Below, in pieces: positions 11,772 through 23,544 of a DNA stretch of 64,000 nucleotides. The first letter of the stretch is position 1, and every line of letters starts with the position of its first letter. The stretch lies in NCBI GenBank assembly GCA_010015585.1, contig ML975169.1. One strand, given 5' to 3'. A model generated the notes under the pieces. That model did no database searches. It was not told where the DNA came from and saw nothing but the letters and a program-made list of their open reading frames with translations. Made by a program: the position numbers and the translations under genes. This DNA comes from Eremomyces bilateralis CBS 781.70. Its lineage: Eukaryota.

Positions 11772-12349
11772 TCTCAGTCCCTATCAAAATGGCTTTTGGC
11801 GATTCAGAACCGATGATTGATACGATTCATATCTTGATTTTCAAGTACTGTTTGGGTAAGCCAGCGAATGTCATGGGGACATGGTGTATTGGTTTCACAC
11901 TTACTATGTAACTCCCGCAGTGAAGTATTCCGCTCACTTCGTACCAGCATGTATCAGCATCTTGCACTGCCGAGTGCCTTTACTTTGGTTTTGACTCGGA
12001 AAATGCATGTAATGACTCACGCGAATGATAGGACTATTATCAGGGAAATCTAGCTTTTCCAGTTTATTAGAAACTCCAACTCTGGATGGGGACTTGTGGT
12101 GATATGGAGTATTATAAAACCTCGATTGATGAATTGGTATGGTCGTTGCACACACGTGATAGCAGGTGGTATTGCAGGTCGAGTACCTTATTGTGCAAGC
12201 ATTCCTCCCCCGACTTCAACATCCAACACAGCGTTTACCCTTACACTTCGACATTCCTACGGGATACGCATCCACAGCATCCTAGGACCCTCTTATCGTC
12301 TTTGTTTCTCGATTCCTCCCTTGTAATCTACGACGTCCTAACCATTAGG

Positions 12350-15115
12350 ATGACCCGTGAATCCGGAAGAGAACGTCCCCATGAAGGACAGACGGGTCCG
12401 TCCCCAGATCACCTCGCCGACTCCGAACGCTCCTACGAATACGAGTCGGGCGTGAACTCAGCTTACTACAGCTCTTCCTCGCACCGTCGGAGTCCGCCTC
12501 ATGGTATATGATATTTGAGAGGATAGAGCAACGGAGTTTCAAAGACAGATGCTGATGTTCGCTTGGCAAAGATCTCCGTCGAAGAAGCCCTCGGCGCTCC
12601 AATATGGAAGCTCGCATAGATGGAGATGATCATAATTACTACGATGAGCGAGGCGATCGGTCATACGATCGACCGAACGATCGATACGAACAAAGACCTC
12701 GCGACAGAGGCCCTCGAGATCGCCATAGAAGCGGATATCGAGACAGAGATCGCGCTGGATACCGGTCGCCTCCATATGGAGAAAGACGCCGAAGTCTGAG
12801 CAGAAGTTCTCCTCGAGGGGGAAGAGACCGGTCACCACGCCGCGAACCCCAGCCGAGCAAGGAAATCCACATGGATGGACTTCCGGAATCTATGAAGGAA
12901 GACGACGTTGGTCACCACTCTTCGCCGCTTGTGTTCTTTCCCAGTTGAATCCCTGTTTTACCACCATATCACTAAGTTCATTAATCAACCGCAATGGGAC
13001 TTCGGCTAAGTCATGATATGGCCGGCTCGGCCGTTTATACGAACAGATCATGAGAGAACTCAAACAGTATCATGTTGGGGAACTCAGCGATGTGCGAGTC
13101 GTCCGGGATAAGAAGACAGGTAATTCTTCCGCGTACCATGCGAGCCTCGTGTGAATAACGGGATTTCAAGGTCTCTCCCGCGGCTTCGGTTTTCTTCAGT
13201 TTGGAAACTTGGAAGATGCAGAGGATTTCATGGATCGCAATTACCCCTTCCTATACTTTCGTGGTCCGGAGGATTCAGACAGTGACTGGACTTTGAAGGT
13301 CAAATTGGCTTACAGTCGAGAGCGGGATATTTCGGATCGCAGCTCAGAACGGACTTGGCCATGTCCTAATGTACGTCCAAGTGTTTGGCCTGTTTGGACT
13401 GCGAGATCTTGCTGACTCCTGCAGTGCTCCGTTCAAAATTATGCAAAGCGCATGCAATGTTTCCGCTGCGGCGCTGCAAGACGGCTCGGTACGTCCCCAT
13501 GTCTTATCATCGGTCGTTGGGAGTGCTGTTAACACTTATCAAGATCTCTTAGCCAAACCCGGCAATGTTCCGAATGCAGACCCCTTACAAAATTTCACCA
13601 ACAACGGCGATAGTGACGCTGCACTTGATTCCACACCTTCTCAATTCCTCTTACTTCGAGGACTCGAGCCTGGGGTAACTGAGGAATTGTTGCTCAAAGG
13701 GATCTCAAAGCTGTTCAAACATTCTGATCAGGAACTTCAATCGAAACCTGGGCAAAAGGTTGTCTCGACAACGTCTGTTGTGAACTTGGGGGCTCCCGAA
13801 GGTAGCCTGAGACGTATCTTTCTCATCCGAGATCGACACACGGATGACAGTTGGAGGTATGGGTTTGCGGAGTACCGCACTATCGAGGTATGAGAGCGGC
13901 ATAGTTGGTATGCGTGAAGTCTTCTGATTGTGAGTAGGATGCCCAGGCCGCTTTGACAAAGTTCCACTCCTTGGACAAATTTACCATCTCATCGAAGCCG
14001 GTATGGATAAGCTACATCCATCCGGGCGTATTCGTACCCGATCTGAACCACGATCAGCCAGAAAAGTATACGTTCAAGGCAACGAATAATCCTGCCCTGC
14101 TACTGGCGTATTGGGACGCTGGAGCGTATGCAAATGAGCATGTCGTTGCATGTGACAACTCCCCTTCCGCCGCAGCCGGCAGCCAGACTACAGGCGAGGC
14201 CGAGTCTAGGAAGAATGGGTTAGACACAGGTAAAGATTCGAGCGCAAAGCAAACGAAGAAACGCAAAGCCGAGAATGTTGCTACACCCACCAATAAGAAG
14301 GTAAGCATGATTGACACCTAGTACAGGAATCCATAGAGATTGACATGAAGAAGGTTATGCCATCGCATCTGCAACTGTGGACAAATCGGCATGCAGAGTT
14401 GCATGGAGGAAAGAAGGAAAATGAAGAAAGCCAAGGGGATACCTCTGGTCCGGATTCGAAACCGAACGTCAGTCATGTTCAATCATATGCCGACGTTAAT
14501 CGGAAGTGCTGTCTGCTCTGCACTCGTCAGTTCAAAAGCGTCGAGGAAGTCCACAAGCACGAGCGGCTCAGCAAACTCCATCAGGGTAATCTCGAGAACA
14601 TTGACCTACGAAATAAGGCCTTGGAACGGCTTCGGAAGGCTGGTATCCCGGTCACAGTCCCGCCCATTGCTGAACCCTCTTCGCCCACCGGCTCCGGACA
14701 AGAATACCGGGATCGCGCGAAGGAGCGACGCAAGCTTGAATTAGCAGCGGGAAATGCTGGAGATCAAAGTCTTACACCCAACCGGGAGAAGGTCAAGTTG
14801 TCACTAGGTAAAAAGAGCTCTTCCAACATTCGACCTCCTTCTCCTGAGCCAGAGCCGAGTCCTGCACTCTCCAAGGGTGCCTCTCTCCTAGGGAAAATGG
14901 GTTGGTCCGCAGGCAGTGGTCTGGGTGCTGATGGATCTGGTCGGACCGCTCCTGTCCAAACCGAACTTTACCGCGAAGGTGTTGGTCTGGGAGCCCAAGG
15001 TGGGAAGATCGGGGATGCCCTTGAGGAAGCGGATAGGAATACCAAGGGCGACTATGGGACCTTTGTTGCACGGACAAAGGAAAAGGCAAAGGAGAGATTT
15101 GAGTCATTGGGTTGA
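12350..15115 (+). CDS. RBM5/RBM10-like RNA-binding splicing regulator (RS/RD-rich, RRM, zinc finger, RRM, C2H2, G-patch); multi-exon
   Basis: RRM RNP1 SRGFGFLQF, WPCPN..C zinc finger, second RRM SWRYGFAEY, C2H2 CLLCTRQFKS..HERLSKLH, YRDRAKERR, G-patch KGASLLGKMGWSAGSGLG. Confidence 0.85.
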
Positions 15116-15476
15116 GGTTGTTATCGCCTCGAATAATGGAGACAATCTCATTGGATTTGATGAGATGACCAATTGGGCCAATGTGACGTTGCCCAGCACA
15201 TATTATTTATTCCTCGTACTGTTTCACCTCGACAGTCTATATACATCACCGGTATTACTACCTCTCCTTGTGGAAATTGATCATTTTTCAACAATCTCAT
15301 CTGCCTCTTTCTTGTAGGCTATATTTCGGGGGGCTGTCAAAGAAATGTGGGCGACGCTTAAGTAGGAAGGTCGCAACCGTCATCTCCACATCAATAATTA
15401 AGTATTCCCAATTCGAAGCCTTCTCGTACGCTGGAATTGTTCCATCAATATAACTCTTATCCATCCCAATCGTTTC

Positions 15477-16580
15477 ATGATGCCGTCGATACCACAGTCT
15501 GATGCAGAATGGGCGGCATTGATCTCAAATGTCGAGTCATCAGTCGAGGTATCGGAGGACCAATGTGCCTTGCCATCGCTTGACCAACAGCTGGCTCAAT
15601 ACTTTGACCACACGTTGCTCAAGTTGGACGCAACAGAAGAAGGAATTGAGAAGTTATGTACGGAGGCGAAAGAGCATGGATTCAAGGTATTTCTGCGTAC
15701 AGTTTTCGCTTGTTGAACAGTTCTTGCATCGTCATCTTACACAGTCATGTTCCGGCTGCAATTTCATATATTTGAATGAACCGTCTCGAGAAATATTGCT
15801 ACGCATCCTTTCCCACTTCTTGTCTCCTGAAACCAACTACATATAATTTGATCATATACGGACATGAATCTAACGTGATCCTCTCCGTAGACGGTATGTG
15901 TTCGCGTCAATTGGGTCCCCAAATGCAAAGAGCTCCTCACCGGAACGGACATTGGCGTAGCATGCGTGATTGACTTTCACGAGGGGACGAGTACACTGCA
16001 AGAGAAATCCGAGTAAGAGCTTTGACTGAATACCGTAAATTCCACTCTATCTTCGCCATGGATCTAATACATATATAGGGAAACGAAACTGGCTGTTGCA
16101 CATGGTGCCTCCGAACTCGATCTCGTCCTTCCCCGTCAATTCCTCACAGGAGATGCGGAACAATATGTCACGCTCTACGACCACCTGAACACCATCCGCA
16201 CACTTGCCCCGTCTCCCACCGTGCTCAAAATCATCCTCGAAACGTCTCAACTGTCACGTAGCCAGATCATCGCCGCATGTACGATCGCGGGGTTCGCCTC
16301 CTTCGACTTCGTCAAGACGTCCACAGGCTTCTGCGGTCGTGGGGCGAGTGTCGATGACGTGCGGCTGATGCGGGCTTGCTCCGCGACGCTCGAATCGCAG
16401 GGGTTTGGATGCAAGAAGATGGCCGTGAAGGCGAGCGGGGGGATCAGGACGCTGAAGGACACGATCGAGATGATCGCGGCTGGGGCGACGAGACTGGGTG
16501 CGAGCGCTGGGGTGGGAGTTATGGAGGAGGTGAACGGAAGGGAGTCGAAAGGAGGTAATGCGGTTGCTGGTGGGTATTGA
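15477..16580 (+). CDS. deoC: Deoxyribose-phosphate aldolase (DERA), three exons
   Basis: FDHTLLK, GFK|TVCVR, GASELDLV, LKIILET, Schiff-base FVKTSTGF, VKASGGIRT, GATRLGAS, and the C-terminal Tyr. Confidence 0.93.
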
Positions 16581-16906
16581 GCAAGTTGATTCTGTATATT
16601 ACAAGATATCTTCATATTAAATACTCCGCGGTCGAGCATCGGGACGTTGGAACCGAACTCTAAACGCCCAATCATAGGGAAATAGTGCCCTAATCTGCTT
16701 CTGCTTCCGAAGCATCCCTTATCCAACGCTCGTATAGATGATGCAGTGAAATCCATCTCGATTGTCTCGTGAATGCCTTGACCTCCATGCAAACCATAAG
16801 AAGCTGCCTCGCAATCATCAACATGCTATTAAATCGTCCCAATCCATCTATCTCCCGGGTATCATTCGAATGGGTAAGAAAATCGTGGGAAATGCATAAA
16901 TCCGAA

Positions 16907-18475
16907 TCATGCCGTTCGTTTCGGTCGATCGAACGTCTCCGGCCACTTCAACACGGACACCTGTCCTAAATTCGCCATACCCTCTTTACCCTCCAGCTTC
17001 GCCCACATTAGGATCTCCAACTCCCACCGTCCATTGACGCGCTTCCTTCGTCCCTCATACAACTCGGCAAGCCGCTGCTCATATCCCCGATAACACTTCA
17101 GCGTCTCCGCCACCTGGTCCCGCATCCGTTTCTCCAGCGCCCCGATCTGCTCCCGCTGTGAGCGCACCATATTATCCCGCGACCGCTCCTGTTTCATCCG
17201 TAGCCGGTTGACCGTCTTTCGATTCGTGGTGTCGATGTCGGCCCACTCGCGCTCCGATCGCTGTAGCCGCGTGCGCTCTTCATTACTCACGTCGCGGCCA
17301 GAACCGACGAAATCGCGACGCCACCGGAGTTGCTTTTCCAGGCTCTGGGTGCTCGATTCCAGTTCCTCCACGAGGGTGACCTCTTCTTCGAGCTGTCGAT
17401 CCTCGAGAGTAAGGAGGTTGCTCGTGTGCGTGTTTTGCATGGGCACGAGTCCTCGTATGTGGGAATGGAAAATCGAGCGGAGCGCGAGCGTACGGCAGTG
17501 CCGAAGGGTGGCACACTGTTGCAGGTGGAAATGTTGGAATCGTCGAAGCTGCCCTTGGGTACTGTTGTGAAGGGTATGGAGTTCGGGATGGGAGATGACG
17601 ATCGTGTGTAGAAGCGGGGTTGAGATACTTCGCGAGTGAAATCGCACTGGAGTAGCGGAAGTTGGGTCTTCGTGTAAGGGAGCCATTGGGCGAAGATAAG
17701 GAGACATCGAGCGCTCCTGGATCGGCGTACTCCGACCAGACGCTGGAGCGGAGTGTGATATCTTCTTCGTGTGGGTGGTTCGGTTTGAGGAATATGATGC
17801 TCGAATGCCGAAGATTCGTCCAAATGCTCCCTTCGAGTTGCGGGAAGCAGAACGATCTACGTGCTCGAACGGTTGGTCGGGTGGCTCATCCTCTATGGTA
17901 GTCGCTTTTGACGCGGTTGATCCGCGCCGCAGTAAGCTCAAGCTGCGCCGGACCGGTCTTGAACTTCGAGAGCTGCTGCTGAAACGGCTTGCTGGAGTGC
18001 CAGAACGTTGCATTGCATCCTGGCTGTCGCTGGCAATCGATGCCATGGATTGTCGCACGCTGGTGCCCTGTGCTGCACTCGGTAGTCTCGTCTGCAATGT
18101 TATTCGAGGTGGGTGGTCTCTTGATGTACGAGAGGACGCGGAGGTAATGGCGGTGGATCCAGAGCTGGCCAGCCCTGAATGCGCGGACACGGACGAACAG
18201 TCCGATGGAGTTGACGCCGTCCAGGCGGTGCCGAAGGAGTGATCGCGAATCGCAATGGGAATTTCGGCCTCGAGAATGCCCAGGTCGAGGGCATCGGCGA
18301 TGAGACGGTCATCGTGAGCTGCCTCACTCGTATGATCGAGTCGCAGAACTTCTATCTCGTAGATTGAATCGGCGAAGAGATGCGTCGGCGATAGTGCGAC
18401 GTCTGGAAGCGTGGAGTAGGATCTGGTTCGGTCGTGGCTTGGAATGGGACGGAACGGTCCCGTACCAGCGGCCAT
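16907..18475 (-). CDS. Conserved fungal hypothetical protein, Ser-rich middle and C-terminal coiled coil
   Basis: Long open frame with first ATG at 18475. N-terminal YEIEVLRL..DDRLIADALDLGI block. C-terminal heptad-rich region (LEDRQLEEEVTLVEELE...RRKRVNGRWELE). Confidence 0.7.
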   Translation of the reverse strand: MAAGTGPFRPIPSHDRTRSYSTLPDVALSPTHLFADSIYEIEVLRLDHTSEAAHDDRLIADALDLGILEAEIPIAIRDHSFGTAWTASTPSDCSSVSAHSGLASSGSTAITSASSRTSRDHPPRITLQTRLPSAAQGTSVRQSMASIASDSQDAMQRSGTPASRFSSSSRSSRPVRRSLSLLRRGSTASKATTIEDEPPDQPFEHVDRSASRNSKGAFGRIFGIRASYSSNRTTHTKKISHSAPASGRSTPIQERSMSPYLRPMAPLHEDPTSATPVRFHSRSISTPLLHTIVISHPELHTLHNSTQGQLRRFQHFHLQQCATLRHCRTLALRSIFHSHIRGLVPMQNTHTSNLLTLEDRQLEEEVTLVEELESSTQSLEKQLRWRRDFVGSGRDVSNEERTRLQRSEREWADIDTTNRKTVNRLRMKQERSRDNMVRSQREQIGALEKRMRDQVAETLKCYRGYEQRLAELYEGRRKRVNGRWELEILMWAKLEGKEGMANLGQVSVLKWPETFDRPKRTA

Positions 18476-21400
18476 GACGGACCCCCAGAACCGTACCGGT
18501 AGCACGCGTGGTTGCGAACCACCTCGGTGTCGGAGAACGGGAAGGACCGTGGAGTATTATCCCAATTGCTGGGTCGCCTCGGTAGCTTTGGGAAGCCTTT
18601 TTCTTGGTAACGTCGCACCGTATCCGTTGGGGTTTGGGAAGCTAAGGTATCGGTGGGACAAAACGGTACCAAAGGTATTGGCTGTTGGTGCTTGAAGGTA
18701 TTAGACAGGGCCGGGATACTCTTTGCGCTCCAGGTATTGCCGTCGTGTTGGACTGGAGAGGGAGATGGCGAAGGTAGTCGACGGAGGATCACTCGGTGGC
18801 GAATGAATGATAATGACTGGATGAGTGCGTAGGATTAGTGAGATGCAACAAGAGAGAAGGAAGAGTAGTAGTAGAGGGAAGGGGAGGACTGAGGAGAGTA
18901 AGGGCGGATGGAATTGAATGTCGGTATAGGTACGGAATACCTCCACCTTATTAGGGTCGTGTTGGAGGAGTGAACGAAGAATAACTGAGTGAGGAGCTTT
19001 ACGGACTACATACCGTTTTGATATTCCACCACCAACCACCGACTGCGATTTCAGGTCACTACCATGATCTAACAAGTATTAACGACGAACATCGGATGTC
19101 AACCGTCACCGCACCAAGCGCTGGAAAGAAACGCTTGGACTGCTGGTAGGGATTCAGCCAGGATTTCTTTAGCGCCTCAGTGTCACGATAGTCGATACCT
19201 AGGTCATGAGGTTGTGCGTTTCCGGTTGAGCTGTGTGATGTAATGCTTGCGAATATTATCCCTTGGATAGTAATACAAGCAAAGAGAAGCAAAGAGAAGA
19301 GACAAGGCAGTCATGATCAATGGTTACGACCCAGAACAGTATGGGTACCTTTCAAGTTCCAACACGATCCCTCAAGTTCACCAAGATACACTGCATTCTT
19401 AGTAGGACAAGAACGCAGAGGACGAGCTGCGGTCTCACGCTTGAAAGAATCACCTCAATCATCATACTCGTCTATCCATGTTCTTAACTCTCAAGGGTAC
19501 GGTGTTGACCTTACACTTAGTTCGTGACTGATGATACAGATAGACACGAGTTTCAAATTTAACACTGTTCAGCTCGCTCTGAACCGAGAACCAACCCAAG
19601 AAGTGTTACCAGTTTGTTGTATTAAGACCAAGCCGAGCATTGTCGCTACTACATATTGTACATTTTCATTGCTATTTTACATTGTGAGACAGACAATCAG
19701 TTGCCGTTAACTGCTAAATGCCTGTCGTTAGCCGGTCAGATGCAAGCCAGGACGATCAGTGGAGCAATTTATCTTCAGTTCGCGTGCGTCACGACCATCT
19801 TGGGTCTTGGAGCTTAGCTAAATTATGTTCGGCTGAGTCGGAGAATTTCCCCACACTCCTGCGTCCTGTCAAATGTCAGCCCTTCATGCCGGTCTTTGTA
19901 TTGAGTTCTCGGATGGGATCTCAGTCTCAGGGTCCCATTTGGTCTGTTAATTGTGCTTTTAATAAGCTCCCCTATCAATCTGGTAATGTAGATGACGGAG
20001 ACAGTTCTCAGAACCACAATTGCTGTTCTGACCCAAATCGCAATCAACGATGGACATGTCATAGGCTCCTAGCCCCTTTCCCTCTCTGCCCGCCTTTTGT
20101 GGTATTACTCGTGACTTTAGAGCTAGGTGCTTCCCCCGTTTCCCGTCTTAGTCAAAATATTGGGTATGCATGCAGCTGTTAGGATGTTTCTCAGGGTATA
20201 ATATGCATGCCGAATTGCCAATCGATACCTGGACAGGTTCTTCAATATAGTACCACCGGACTTGTTGAGGTACAGGCCAATCCTGTTATGTAGTCGCTGC
20301 GGTATGACAGATTCGAGCCTGCTGTGATAATCTCATAGCATCTTTTATTATGATTGTCAACGGCTACACAGGAAGTTCATCCTTGGGTTCTGATTTCTGA
20401 AGGTGTCAGGTACGGGGTCCAAAGCCGGCTTTCTATTGAAAGACAGGGTACCCAAGACGAAGGGTCACCTGCTACTGCCAGGCTGCCTTCGGCTCTATCG
20501 TGAGGGATCGGAATGCCTAGACAGAGAGTTTGAAAAACGGGGGAATTGGGAGGATGGGGTTGGATATTCTCTAGTCTCCACTCCGCAGAGTCCAGTCTGT
20601 CACTAATTTTCGGGTCTGAGCATGAAACTTTACCTTTGTTGGCACCAAAACATCATCTCAACTACACCGGGAATTCCATTGGCTATCAAGCATCAAGGGC
20701 ATCGAGGCGAGGGAATACAGACTGCCGCTCTCGTACCCCAGAGATTGAAATCAATCGTCAATGGTCATACAACCAAAGCAATATGGTGCGCACTGGGCAT
20801 TCCGTTTAACTTACCGGTAGGACGATGAGAATTTACATAGTAGTGAGATGCTGAGCCAAACCATTAATATTAAGCTTCCGCATCCTTATCCAAATTCCAA
20901 GTCGATGCGACGAGCGACAGTCAAGAGGTGGCGTCGTTCTGACCCAACCGCCAACGATGGTTGCCGGAGCACGTGGTGATCGACCGGCAAGGCAGAGAAA
21001 CTCCAAGACACGAGTCGATCAGGCTCCGGATACGAGATTTAAAAACGGAGAAGGTGAAACGACGTTTTACCTGAGTGAAGCAGCAAATTGACCAAGGAAA
21101 AAGATCTCCATGAATGGTGTGCCTGGGAGGTAAGAGGCGGGAGCTGACTGGGAGCAGAAATTGGACGTCTGGACTCTGGAGGCCTGAGCGATGGGATGGG
21201 CAGAATACGAAGGGGAAACTAGCAAAGAATGAGGGAAGAAATTGAAGGTTTCCCTTCCCGAAATGAGAGCCCACTGATCACGTTGCCAACGGGCGGAGCC
21301 GGTCAGGGTCCCGGAGCAGCAAAGGAACCGGGGGAGGCTAGGTGGCGAAGGCGCAAGAGAGAAACGAGGGTAAACGATGAGGCTGGGACGCTGGACGGTC

Positions 21401-23544
21401 TGACCTGACGCTTCTAAGTTCGAACGAGCACTTAGGACTTAGGAGCGGGATTCTAATTTGTAGTAGTGGATTCATGGCGGGAGGAAGTTCGAGTGGAATT
21501 ATGGAGTTATGGAAGGCCGGGGAGGGGGATGTTGAGTTCTTGATGGAGTCGGGCCAGGGGGCAGTTGATTGGCAGTGAGATTAGGAGTCCCGCCGAGAGG
21601 ATGGGCGGCTTGTCGCACCATCGACGCCCAAATGCTTATTATTTTGACTTTCGCAATGGTCATAGCTAGTAGCCCGTGCTAGGAAGGTATGATTTCAGGA
21701 TTTCCAGAAATGAAAAGCAGGACGGATATGAAGGTGTGCGGAAACAGGACGGGATAGATGGACGGACGACAATGTTCAAAACTCGAAAGCGGTAAGCAAG
21801 AAAGAGAAGAGCAGACAAGTATGACCAACCTGATGAACCGTGAAGAAATCCCTCGATGTTCGCATTCCGTGCATCCTGCATTATTGATCCACAGATGTAA
21901 ACGACCATTTCGCCGATGAAGACCGATCAGACATGCGTGCTGTGGGTCTCCGACGCTGATTTCATTGCCTACTATATATTTGGAGTAGAGAATATAAAAA
22001 GAAATATGGAGGATTCAGTAGACAACGATGGAGCTGTGGAGGGTAATACTATAAGTTAAATAGGGACTGAGGGAGAGCATTTGAAGCTTGAAAAGCCAAA
22101 GCATATCCGTGCAGATATTCCGTATGTAGCATCCGTACACGCCTGTGTAATGACTAATGAGGTCAGTATCAGTAATTCAGTATTCCGTACTCTTAAAAGT
22201 CCAGATTCAAGAAACTCGACGAATCACGAAACCATGGTCCGCACTTCCGCAGCTTCGCTATTTCGCTTCCGTAACGTGCTGGGTACCAGGTAATTAAGCA
22301 GTACCAGAGTCCTGGTGTTGATACCGGTAGTCTGCATCTTCAGCCTATCCCGTTATCGTTATCCCCGTACCCAGTCGCCCGTACCACTATTGTCTGTTAC
22401 GAAGTACGACCCCAATTAGTGCTCCAACCGAAGTTTGGACTTTCTCCGCCCTTGATCAGTTCAGCAGTTAGCTGCATGTGGTCCAAGGTCTTCACGATCC
22501 TCTTGGACTCTCATTCATACCCTCTTGCTTCTCGATTCTCCTCCTCTTCTTATGGCTTCGTCCTTTTGACATCTCCTTTGTCGAAGCCTTCCCCGATCAT
22601 GGACTGTGCCCATGTAAATTTCGAACCACCACTCTTCTCCTGATGCTCCCCGTATCCTTGAGCTGGCTCTGACCCGATCTGATCCTCACCACTCCTACAA
22701 CCCACTCGACCGAGCCTGGAACTTGGTCGCAGACAGTTTGGCTGTACCCGACCGTGGATTGTCTCTTCGTCTTCCCGTAGGTGATTTCTCTTATCTCAGA
22801 ACGTCCACTGTCACGAGCTCGCCTGAGAATGTGCTACACGGGCTGTCGCAGCCCATTCTCACTATTATGGGCGCATTATTCGCGAAGACCAGCATGCCTG
22901 GTCCAACCCATACTGCGACTGCTTCCTTGCCCCATATCCCTTGGGTGATAATATCTTCTCCCCGATTTCTGATACAGACACATGACTCTCGGTACAAGAT
23001 ATTAACTTTCCAATAGATTCAGTCTATCTACCTGCACTGCGACTGCCTCCGCCGCTGTTGAAGCATTTCACTGATCACGACAAACACCTGATATACAGTT
23101 CCTTAGACCTTTTCGCGTGGTCGCTTGACAAGCCTCCAGTATCTGGTTGCACTTGGTAGCCAGGGTTTCGCGTATATTGCGTTTAATGAGCTTTCCGCCT
23201 GCCCAGTCCGCCTTGTGTGATTGAACGGGCGAAGCATCACCACAGCCGCCTTGCAACCTGCGATTTCGTTTGCTGTTATCCGTCGGAAACTCATCGTTCA
23301 AACCAATCGATCTCTACGCACCTCGAGTTGCGATTCCGTTCGTTACGAACCATCGTGAGGAGCCGTCGGTGCTCTTCTGTCAAAGATCATTTCCTGTATC
23401 ATTTCGTTTTTTCTTGTTCTAGCCATCTTTCGGTACCTGCTGCAGGCTGGCAATCTGACAGACCAAGTTTCGAAAGGTTGACCTGGCAGGCCTGTCCGCC
23501 GTCAAATCTATTTGCATTCACTGAGATTTTCTCAACGAACGGCG

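Noticed and set aside
11772..12300. Possible bicistronic MOCS2A (MoaD) upstream of MOCS2B, as in animals
   Set aside because: Only a 15-codon ORF with no MoaD similarity and no C-terminal GG was found.
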